This document shows, piece after piece, positions 1 to 7,197 of a stretch of DNA of 14,001 bases. The position numbers and the translations under genes were made by a program. The notes below the pieces were generated by a model. It had not been told where the DNA came from. It saw only the letters and a program-made list of their open reading frames with translations, and ran no database searches. Positions within the stretch are counted from its first letter, which is position 1. Each line of letters opens with the position of its first letter. This stretch comes from a bacterium (GTDB taxonomy: Bacteria; Arandabacterota; Arandabacteria; Arandabacterales; JALGWA01). Location: contig JASFEA010000084.1 in NCBI GenBank assembly GCA_050125095.1, forward strand, positions 1 through 14,001, given 5' to 3'.

Positions 1-335
1 GCGCATGCTTCCTCCAGAAATTCCGCCCTTTTGCTCCGGCCATCACAGATAAGCACGTTGACCCAGGGACATACTGAGGTGATCGCCAGGCCCGGCAGGC
101 CGTTGCTGCCGCCGATGTCGAGAACGCGCAGGCTGCGCCGGGGCGAGATGACGGGGAGCAGGGAAAGCGAATCCGCGAAGTGATACGACACCAGGCGCTC
201 GATGTCCTTGCGCGAGATCAGGTTAATCGCCCTATTCCAGCGCCTGATCATCTCGGCAAGCCCGGATAGCCTGGCTTCCGCGCCATCGCTGATCTCTACG
301 CCGCTATCTCCCAGAACATCAAGCAGTTCCAGCAT
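1..335 (-). CDS. rsmG: 16S rRNA (guanine(527)-N7)-methyltransferase RsmG/GidB, 5' part (runs off window start)
   Basis: Not in ORF track; translated by hand from ATG at 335 (preceded by GGGGAA): MLELLDVLGDSGVEISDGAEARLSGLAEMIRRWNRAINLISRKDIERLVSYHFADSLSLL...RVLDIGGSNGLPGLAI...ICDGRSKRAEFL. Has the RsmG hallmarks WNxxxNLxS, HxxDSL and DIGxxxGLPG, and lies directly downstream of mnmG as is typical. Confidence 0.92.
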   Translation of the reverse strand, partial: MLELLDVLGDSGVEISDGAEARLSGLAEMIRRWNRAINLISRKDIERLVSYHFADSLSLLPVISPRRSLRVLDIGGSNGLPGLAITSVCPWVNVLICDGRSKRAEFLEEAC

Positions 336-360
336 TTCCCCGTCTGGAGACTTCCTGTCC

Positions 361-2205
361 CTATCCTGACTTCCCTGTGGCACTCCGCCTGCCTTTCTCG
401 ATATGAATCAGTACGCTTGCCACATCGGCGGGTGTTATTCCCGGTACTCTGGAGGCCTGCCCGATCGAGCCCGGCCTCACCCGGCCCAGCTTCTCCTGGG
501 CCTCCCTCGACAGACCCGCAACTTCCTTATAATCAATCCATTCCGGGATTTCCTTGCCTTCCTTTTCACTCAGGTTGCGCGCTCTTCTTGCCTCGCGCTG
601 TATATAGCCGTTGTACTTGACTTCGGTCTCAGCCTGGAAGAGGGCCCTCCTGTCATAGGCCTCAAGCCAAGGGGCCTCCGGGAGGAGGTCATTTATCGTA
701 ATCTCTGGCCGCTTAAGGAGTTGCCTCAGGGTAGGACTGTCATTGTCCGTCTTCTTTCTCTCGCTGTCCAGGCGCCGGACCACATCAGAGACCGTATCTC
801 TCCGGGCCTCCATCCCGCGCAGGGCCTCAAGAGAAACCAGGCCGAGATCCCGGCCGTAGTGCATGAGCCTCTCGTCGGCATTGTCCTGCCTGAGCAGCAG
901 CCGGTATTCGGCCCTGGATGTAAACATCCGGTAGGGTTCCCGGGTTCCCTTTGTCACCAGATCGTCAATCATTACACCAATATACGCCTCCGAACGTGAG
1001 AATACCAATGGGCGCTCGCCCCTGACTGAGAGAACCGCGTTTATGCCGGCAACAATCCCCTGTGCAGCAGCTTCCTCGTATCCCGACGTACCATTGATCT
1101 GGCCCGCCAGAAACAGGCCGGCCACCTGCTTGCACTCCAGTGTGGGCTTAAGACAGGTCGGCTGGACGAAATCGTATTCCACCGCGTACCCCGGCCTGGT
1201 TATCTCGACATTGTCGAGACCGGGGATCGTGCGCAGCATATTAAGCTGCGTGTCCTCGGGAAGGCTGGTCGCAAGACCGCTGAGATAGTACTCCAGCGTC
1301 CGCCTTCCCTCGGGCTCCAGGAAGATCTGATGGGTCTCCCGGTCGGGAAAGCGCATTACTTTATCTTCAATAGACGGGCAGTAGCGGGGTCCCACTCCCT
1401 CGATTCTCCCGGTATAAAGCGGTGACCTATCGAGGCTTCCAAGAATTGTCTCCCTCGTCTCAGTTGTGGTCCTGGTGATGTAACAAACATGGGTCGAGTC
1501 AATGGTTCCGGCGGTACGGTGTGAGAAAGGGTCTACGCCCATTTCGCCCGGCTCGACCTCAAGCCCGCCGAAGTCAATACTCCGGGCGTTGACCCTGGGC
1601 GACGTACCCGTTTTCAGGCGGCCGACTTCCAGCCCGAGCGCCCCAAGGCTGGCTGTCAGTCCGGCGCTGGCGCATTCGCCGTCCCGCCCTCCGGGGTAGC
1701 TCTTCAGGCCGATATGTATGAGCCCTCTTAAGAAGGTACCGGCCGTGACCACCACCGCCCTGCCCGAGAATCCATATCCTGTCAGGGTTTCGACCCCGGT
1801 CACTCCGCCCCCGCCGGTCAGGATTTTCTCCACAAGTCCCTGTCTGACCTCGAGATTGTCCTGACCCTCCAATACCTTCCTCATCAACATCTTGTACATC
1901 TGCCGGTCATTCTGAGACCTGAGCGACCACACGGCCGGCCCCTTGCTCCTGTTGAGCGTTCGCATCTGCAGGGCCGTGGAATCGGCAATCCGGCCCATCT
2001 CTCCGCCCAGGGCGTCTATCTCCCTAACAAGATGAGATTTAGCCAAGCCGCCTATAGATGGATTACATGACATCTGGGCTATATTTTCTATGCTCAGGGT
2101 CAGGAGGAGGGTCTTGCAGCCCATTCTGGCGCTTGCAAGGGCGGCTTCGCATCCAGCGTGGCCGCCGCCTATCACAATTATGTCAAAGCTCCTGGGGTGC
2201 TTCAT
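361..2205 (-). CDS. mnmG: tRNA uridine-5-carboxymethylaminomethyl(34) synthesis enzyme MnmG/GidA
   Basis: 614 aa; FAD-binding [76 protein letters not shown] motifs. Confidence 0.99.
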   Translation of the reverse strand: MKHPRSFDIIVIGGGHAGCEAALASARMGCKTLLLTLSIENIAQMSCNPSIGGLAKSHLVREIDALGGEMGRIADSTALQMRTLNRSKGPAVWSLRSQNDRQMYKMLMRKVLEGQDNLEVRQGLVEKILTGGGGVTGVETLTGYGFSGRAVVVTAGTFLRGLIHIGLKSYPGGRDGECASAGLTASLGALGLEVGRLKTGTSPRVNARSIDFGGLEVEPGEMGVDPFSHRTAGTIDSTHVCYITRTTTETRETILGSLDRSPLYTGRIEGVGPRYCPSIEDKVMRFPDRETHQIFLEPEGRRTLEYYLSGLATSLPEDTQLNMLRTIPGLDNVEITRPGYAVEYDFVQPTCLKPTLECKQVAGLFLAGQINGTSGYEEAAAQGIVAGINAVLSVRGERPLVFSRSEAYIGVMIDDLVTKGTREPYRMFTSRAEYRLLLRQDNADERLMHYGRDLGLVSLEALRGMEARRDTVSDVVRRLDSERKKTDNDSPTLRQLLKRPEITINDLLPEAPWLEAYDRRALFQAETEVKYNGYIQREARRARNLSEKEGKEIPEWIDYKEVAGLSREAQEKLGRVRPGSIGQASRVPGITPADVASVLIHIEKGRRSATGKSG

Positions 2206-2210
2206 GGGCT

Positions 2211-2230
2211 AATGTTTCACGTGAAACATT
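2211..2230. promoter_or_regulatory. parS centromere-like site (ParB/Spo0J binding), perfect palindrome
   Basis: AATGTTTCACGTGAAACATT, a 20-bp perfect palindrome whose 16-bp core TGTTTCACGTGAAACA (2213-2228) is the canonical bacterial parS consensus; origin-proximal, in the 28-bp mnmE-mnmG gap. Confidence 0.95.
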
Positions 2231-2233
2231 CCT

Positions 2234-3583
2234 CTACTTCCCAATGCAAAAGCGTGAGAAGATCTCGTCGAGAAGGTTTTCGCTCGCGTTGGAGCCGGTT
2301 ATTTTTCCCAGACTGAGGAGGGCTGTCCTCAGGTCCGAGGCTATCAGCTCAATTGGGGCGCCCTCGAGAGCGGTCTTGCCGGCCCTCTGGACGGCCTCCA
2401 GAGCTTCTCCGAGGCAGAGGGCATGCCGCTCGCTGGTCACCATGTCGTCGGCCAGGTCGCCGACCATGTCTTCGCTTACATAGCGGAGTCGCTCCAGAAG
2501 ACCCTGGATTCCCCAGCCTTTGAGCGCCGAGACACGGATCTCGTGATCTTTCCCGAGGTGCTCCTCCATGTCTTCAAGGTCGATCTTGTTGAAGACAATC
2601 ATCCGGCGCTTGCCGCAAGAGCGCCCCAGGATATCGGCGTCGGCCTCATCCAGCGGCGAGCTGGCGTCAACCACGACCAGCACGATATCGCTCTCCTCAA
2701 GCGCAGCCCTGGTTCTCTCCACGGCGGCGACTTCCACGCTGTCGCGGGCCTCGAGCACGCCGGCGGTGTCATGAATATTGAGAAGCAGGCCGTCCACGGG
2801 CACTGCCGCATCCACCACGTCCCTCGTGGTGCCGGGCATCTCGCTGACAATTACCCTTTCCTCTCCGACGAGGCTGTTAAACAGACTCGATTTGCCGACG
2901 TTGGGCTTGCCCACGATGGCGGCATCAATGCCGTCTTTCAAGAACCTGCCCCTGGAGTGAGTGGAGAGCAGGGATTCAAGGCCCGAGCTTATGCCGCCCA
3001 GCTCACGGCCGAGCGCGGGGCGGTCAATGCCGTCGATCTCATCTTCGGGAAAATCGATATTGGCTTCTATCAGAGCCAGGTGGTCGAGTAGCGATGCCTC
3101 GACTTCATGAATCCTATATGATAGTTCGCCCTTCAGGTGTTTCACCGCCGCCCTGAGGGCCTTTTCGCTCTTGGCCTGAACCAGCTCGCTGACCGCCTCT
3201 GCCTGCGCAAGGTCCATTTTGCCGTTCAGGAAGGCCCGCTTGGTAAACTCGCCCGGGTCCGCCGGACGCGCCCCTTCCTCGACGAGCCCCCTCAGTACGA
3301 GCCTGGGAGCCACCAATCCGCCATGGCACGTGATCTCAACCAGGTCATCACCCGTATAGGAATTGGGAGACCGCATGATGAGCAGCAACACCTGGTCGAT
3401 GACCTGACCGTCCCTGCCGGCTATTTCACCAATAAGCAGGGATTTGTGGTTTGATTCGGAGGGGCGTTCGCGGCCGCGGAAGACTCTATCGGAAATTGCC
3501 AGGGCGTCCGGGCCGCTGAGGCGCACGGCGCTTATGGCGCCGGGGCCCACGGCTGTTGCTATTGCAGCAATTGTATCGCTCAT
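2234..3583 (-). CDS. mnmE: tRNA modification GTPase MnmE/TrmE
   Basis: 449 aa; N-terminal DTIAAIAT, PNSYTGDD.VEITCHGG, GEFTKRAFLNGKMDL, G1 GKPNVGKSS, G2 GTTRD, G3 DTAG, G4 NKID, C-terminal FSRFCIGK. ATGA overlap with jag stop. Confidence 0.99.
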   Translation of the reverse strand: MSDTIAAIATAVGPGAISAVRLSGPDALAISDRVFRGRERPSESNHKSLLIGEIAGRDGQVIDQVLLLIMRSPNSYTGDDLVEITCHGGLVAPRLVLRGLVEEGARPADPGEFTKRAFLNGKMDLAQAEAVSELVQAKSEKALRAAVKHLKGELSYRIHEVEASLLDHLALIEANIDFPEDEIDGIDRPALGRELGGISSGLESLLSTHSRGRFLKDGIDAAIVGKPNVGKSSLFNSLVGEERVIVSEMPGTTRDVVDAAVPVDGLLLNIHDTAGVLEARDSVEVAAVERTRAALEESDIVLVVVDASSPLDEADADILGRSCGKRRMIVFNKIDLEDMEEHLGKDHEIRVSALKGWGIQGLLERLRYVSEDMVGDLADDMVTSERHALCLGEALEAVQRAGKTALEGAPIELIASDLRTALLSLGKITGSNASENLLDEIFSRFCIGK

Positions 3584-4284
3584 CTGGCGAGACCATCTCC
3601 CTCCGCCCTGTCTGTCGCCTCTCCCGTAGACGGGGCCACCACCACGTTCCTGAGCTCGCCATCTCCAACCGTGTAGGTCTTTACAGAAGGATCCGATTGC
3701 AGTGCCAGGTGGACTATGCGTCTCTCGGCCGCAGGCAGGGGCTCCATCTGAACCTCCCTGCCGCTTGACTTCACCCGGCCCGCCATGAGAATGGCCTTGC
3801 TCCTCAGCGATTCCACGCGTCTCTGCCGGTATCCTCCCACATCCACTTCCATGCGCACATTGCGCTTGAGCTGTTTGCCGACCATTCGCTTAAGAAGATA
3901 AGTCAGGGCTTCCAGGTTCTGGCCCTTCTTGCCGATCAGGAGGCCGTCGGCACCAGCCGTCTCGATGTCGACTATAAAAGTGTCATCCTCATGGCCCACC
4001 CTGATCTGGCAGCTGACATCCATGTGCTTGAGGAGGTTCTTTGCCATTTCCTCGACCTTCGCCACGGTGGCGCCACTCTCGTCTCTCAGCGTGATCTGGA
4101 CTTTCGCCTGGGACCCCCCTATGAGCCCCAGCACGCCCTTCGAGCCCTCGTCGAGCACTTTGATTTCCACCTGATCTGCCGTGGCCCCCAGGCGAGCGAG
4201 GCCTTTCTCTATGGCGTCATCTACTGTCTTGGCTTCCTCAAGTACCTCACTTGGTCTGCTGGAATCTAATTCCTGGTCTTGCAT
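3580..4284 (-). CDS. jag: RNA-binding protein Jag/KhpB/EloR (Jag_N, KH, R3H domains)
   Basis: AKTVDDAIEKGL...EGSKGVLGLIG (Jag_N), GLLIGKKGQNLEAL (KH GxxG), ERRIVH (R3H). ATG at 4284 preferred over GTG at 4287: TGATG overlap with the yidC stop and GGAGGA 6 nt upstream. Confidence 0.95.
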   Translation of the reverse strand: MQDQELDSSRPSEVLEEAKTVDDAIEKGLARLGATADQVEIKVLDEGSKGVLGLIGGSQAKVQITLRDESGATVAKVEEMAKNLLKHMDVSCQIRVGHEDDTFIVDIETAGADGLLIGKKGQNLEALTYLLKRMVGKQLKRNVRMEVDVGGYRQRRVESLRSKAILMAGRVKSSGREVQMEPLPAAERRIVHLALQSDPSVKTYTVGDGELRNVVVAPSTGEATDRAEGDGLAR

Positions 4285-5981
4285 CACATATCCTCCGGTA
4301 ACTGGTACGGCCCCTCCTGGTCGCTCCTGGCCAGCAAATACTGGTGCATGATGGTAAGTATATTGTTCACCAGCCAGTAAAGCACTAATCCCGACGGAAA
4401 TCTATAGAATATTACGGTAAAAATAATGGGCAGCATATAAGTCATCATCTTGTTCTGAGGATCGGTTGACGACATCTTCTGCTGGATGAACATGGCGACG
4501 CCCATGAGAATGGGAAGCACGCTCAGGTGATTGCCGACAAATGGGAGGCTGAAGGGCGTGCGGGCTATGACGTCCGGGGCCGACAGGTCATTTATCCACA
4601 GCATGAACGGCGCTCTCCGGAGCTCGATGGTGCGTGAGAGCAGATTGAAGAGGGCGATGAACACCGGCATCTGCAGCAGCATGGGGAGACAGCCGCCCGC
4701 CGGGTTGACGCCCTTGGCCTTGTAGAGCTTCCACATCATCTCGTTGAGCTTCTTGGGGTCGTCCTTGTACTTCTTCCTCAGCTCGCTGAGCGCAGGCTGC
4801 AGCTTCTGCATCTCGCGCATCGATTTGAAGCTCTTCTGAGTGAGCGGCCAGAACAGTATCTTCACGATCAAAGAAAGCAGGATTATGACGACTCCGTAAT
4901 TGGGAACCGCCTTGTGCACCCAGATCATGAAGGAAAAAACCAGACGCGACAGCGGTCTGATCCAGGACCATCCGAAGTCTACGGCTCTCTCCAATCCCAG
5001 GTCGAATGTCTTCAGATCTATATAGTCCAGGGGCCCCACATATATGCGGTAGTCCTGAACGCCACTCGCCGGCCTCTGCGTCTCCAGGCTCACGCCGATA
5101 TGCTCTTCTCCGGCCTCGAAGGACTTGGAAATGACGCGCTCGGCTTCTATGGGCACGAAGGCGGCCAGGAAATACTTGGTCTTGGTACCCGCCCAGGCGA
5201 TTTCGCCGCCTAAGCTGACCACATCCTGCTTCTTGACATCCTTTATGCTTTTCTTCTCGAGCCCCTCTTCTGGTATGTACGTCAGGCCCGCAAAGCCGCG
5301 GCGGTCGTCATTGACCCTGACTTCGGTCGTGGCCAGGCCCGACTGCCAGCCTATTTCAATCGCCCTTACCGTCTCTGAGCCCGGTCCGCTTACGCTGACC
5401 CTGGCATCGATCATATATGTATCTGATTTAAAACTAAGGTGTTTTACAACTTCCAGCCCCTGCTCGGTCGTCATCGTAAAGGTTAGAGCGCCACCGCCGC
5501 CGGGCCCGACCTCCAATTCCATGGTCGACGGGGCGAACTCGGCCCGCGAGAGGTCTACGCGCTCGCCGGCGTCAGTAAAGAGTAATACCCCGAGCGCCCC
5601 TCCCTCCGACTCGGGTAGGAGCTCCACCGGGGCCTCGTCCACGCCGGGGAACTGTTTGAGCTTGAAACTCGTTATCACGCCGCCGGAGGTATTGAAATCG
5701 GCGCTTATGAGAGGTGTCTCGACCCGTATGCTCTCACCCGGACCGGCCGCAACGCCCACATCAAGGGCGCCCTTACCGGCCTCAGCCGGTTCCCCGGTAG
5801 CCTCGCCCGCGCCTGCACGCGCTGCCGCGTCCGGCCCCCCGGCCATTTCAGGTTGAGTGGCCTCCGTCTCGGGCGCAGCGGGCTCGGGGGCGCGCGACCT
5901 CTTGGGCGCGTACATCCAGTAAAACATAAGCACCGCGAGCATAAGCACCATGGCGATAAGAGCTCTTCGTTCCGTACTCAT
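4284..5981 (-). CDS. yidC: Membrane protein insertase YidC (long form with periplasmic domain)
   Basis: 565 aa; N-terminal TM anchor, Ala/Pro/Glu linker, large soluble domain, then DFGW, NYGVVIILLS, GVNPAGGCLPMLLQMPVF, WINDLSAPD, FPSGLVLYWLVNN; SD AGGAGA upstream. Confidence 0.98.
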   Translation of the reverse strand: MSTERRALIAMVLMLAVLMFYWMYAPKRSRAPEPAAPETEATQPEMAGGPDAAARAGAGEATGEPAEAGKGALDVGVAAGPGESIRVETPLISADFNTSGGVITSFKLKQFPGVDEAPVELLPESEGGALGVLLFTDAGERVDLSRAEFAPSTMELEVGPGGGGALTFTMTTEQGLEVVKHLSFKSDTYMIDARVSVSGPGSETVRAIEIGWQSGLATTEVRVNDDRRGFAGLTYIPEEGLEKKSIKDVKKQDVVSLGGEIAWAGTKTKYFLAAFVPIEAERVISKSFEAGEEHIGVSLETQRPASGVQDYRIYVGPLDYIDLKTFDLGLERAVDFGWSWIRPLSRLVFSFMIWVHKAVPNYGVVIILLSLIVKILFWPLTQKSFKSMREMQKLQPALSELRKKYKDDPKKLNEMMWKLYKAKGVNPAGGCLPMLLQMPVFIALFNLLSRTIELRRAPFMLWINDLSAPDVIARTPFSLPFVGNHLSVLPILMGVAMFIQQKMSSTDPQNKMMTYMLPIIFTVIFYRFPSGLVLYWLVNNILTIMHQYLLARSDQEGPYQLPEDM

Positions 5982-5990
5982 TAATTTCTC

Positions 5991-6230
5991 CTAAGGAACC
6001 TGGTCGTATCCACTGCCCCCGAAGGGATGACATTTCAATATTCGCTTGATGCTGAGCCCCATACCCCTTGCCAGGCCGTGCCGCGCCAGCGCTTCCATTG
6101 CGTACTCAGAGCATGTCGGCGTGAACCTGCAGGATCTGGGTAAGAGAGGCGAGATGGCGAGCCGGTAGCCGGCGACCGCACCGATAGCCAGCCAGACCAT
6201 CGCCGTGTGGAGGTAATGAAAGACGGTCAA
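5991..6230 (-). CDS. yidD: Membrane protein insertion efficiency factor YidD
   Basis: [23 protein letters not shown]...[17 protein letters not shown] signature; between rnpA and yidC. Start is TTG 6230 (TTGA overlap with rnpA stop) or ATG 6200. Confidence 0.95.
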   Translation of the reverse strand: MTVFHYLHTAMVWLAIGAVAGYRLAISPLLPRSCRFTPTCSEYAMEALARHGLARGMGLSIKRILKCHPFGGSGYDQVP

Positions 6231-6583
6231 TCCATAAGCCCCATTCTGCTTAAGATCCTTCTCATGTCGGCTTCCACGTCATCCGCCCTGGCTTGGGATA
6301 TGCCGGGGGACGCGACGAAGACAACCTTAAAGCCGCGGTCCTGCAGTTCCGACTTGAGCCGCCTGTAAGACTCCTTGAGTAACCGCCGCGCCCTGTTGCG
6401 CGCAACCGCCGGACCGACTTTCTTGCCGGCGATGAAACCCGCTTTCCTTTTAGCGCCCTGCTCTTTTGATAAAAAGGCCCTGAGGTACTTGCCCGCCGTG
6501 ATGTCGCGCTGAGAGATGATGCTGCTGTATTCGAATCTGCGGGTGATCCTCTCGGACTTGCTCAAGCCCCGCTTAGACGGCAA
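6227..6583 (-). CDS. rnpA: Ribonuclease P protein component
   Basis: 118 aa, basic; RNR motif [21 protein letters not shown] start overlapping the last 11 nt of rpmH. Confidence 0.95.
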   Translation of the reverse strand: MPSKRGLSKSERITRRFEYSSIISQRDITAGKYLRAFLSKEQGAKRKAGFIAGKKVGPAVARNRARRLLKESYRRLKSELQDRGFKVVFVASPGISQARADDVEADMRRILSRMGLMD

Positions 6584-6707
6584 GCCTCTTTCTCCCCTTG
6601 CGTCTCCGCCGCTTCAAGACCAACCTCCCGGCTTTGCTGGCTGAGCGCTTACGGAATCCGTGGGTACGCTTGCGTTTGATATTGTGCGGCTGGTACGTCC
6701 GCTTCAA
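6573..6707 (-). CDS. rpmH: 50S ribosomal protein L34
   Basis: Not in ORF track; TTG start at 6707 after [54 protein letters not shown] (44 aa), TAA at 6573-6575. Confidence 0.98.
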   Translation of the reverse strand: MKRTYQPHNIKRKRTHGFRKRSASKAGRLVLKRRRRKGRKRLAV

Positions 6708-6744
6708 TGTACTTCCCCCTTGGTATTCTACTCCAACTTACGGG

Positions 6745-6774
6745 ATTCTAATTGTCTAGCCCCCCGCTTGTCAA
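6745..6774 (-). promoter_or_regulatory. Putative sigma70 promoter of the rpmH operon
   Basis: Minus strand TTGACA (6774-6769), 18-nt spacer, TAGAAT (6750-6745); 37 nt upstream of the rpmH start. Confidence 0.7.
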
Positions 6775-6807
6775 GCGATTTCGAGCCTCCGGCGCCAGCA
6801 ATCTCAA

Positions 6808-7176
6808 TTATCCACAAGCCGGTCAAAAAAAGCTTGCCTACCCACAAATCCGGTGCTAGTATGCTCTCACCTCCAGGAGGACTATGAAAATGTGGATAAG
6901 TGCGACAAAGAGACCCGTCTGTAAACCCCGTCTCCACCTGTCCACGCTTATATCTAACGCCTTGGTCCCAACTGCAACCAAATTGTGGATAATTCCACTC
7001 TTCAGCATGATATCTGGCGTTTTATGTATATATATATCAATGGATTACTGGGCTATCAACACTTGTGGAAAATGCGCCGGTTTCATAACCCGGTGCAAAA
7101 TACTGTTGATAAGCAGCTCCGCCACGATGTACGCGCCAGGTCTCTGCGCCGCGGCATGTGGACGGAATGTGGATTA
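6808..7176. promoter_or_regulatory. oriC part 1: DnaA-box cluster upstream of dnaA
   Basis: Consensus boxes TTATCCACA 6808-6816, TGTGGATAA 6891-6899, TGTGGATAA 6984-6992, TGTGGAAAA 7064-7072; near-consensus CTACCCACA 6838-6846, CTATCAACA 7053-7061, GGTGCAAAA 7092-7100, TGTTGATAA 7104-7112, TGTGGATTA 7168-7176; AT tract at 7020-7040. Confidence 0.92.
6834..6862 (+). promoter_or_regulatory. Putative sigma70 promoter of dnaA
   Basis: TTGCCT (6834-6839), 17-nt spacer, TAGTAT (6857-6862) with extended -10 TG at 6854-6855 and an upstream A7 tract (6825-6831); a degenerate DnaA box (6838-6846) overlaps the -35/spacer and perfect boxes flank it, as expected for autorepression. Confidence 0.65.
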
Positions 7177-7197
7177 GTCGCAGGGAGGAACGGCAGC

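Noticed and set aside
3138..3145. TGTTTCAC parS half-site inside mnmE
   Set aside because: The second half (CGCCGCCC) does not match GTGAAACA; not a parS.
403..5856. Plus-strand ORFs (e.g. 403-999, 2423-3091, 5125-5856) opposite mnmG, mnmE, jag and yidC
   Set aside because: Antisense shadows of well-supported genes, with typical reverse-frame composition and no family motifs.
6985..7197. 71-codon in-frame N-terminal extension of DnaA in the ORF track
   Set aside because: It begins at a GTG inside a DnaA box with no SD and runs through the TA tract. DnaA-like sequence and a strong SD begin at ATG 7198.
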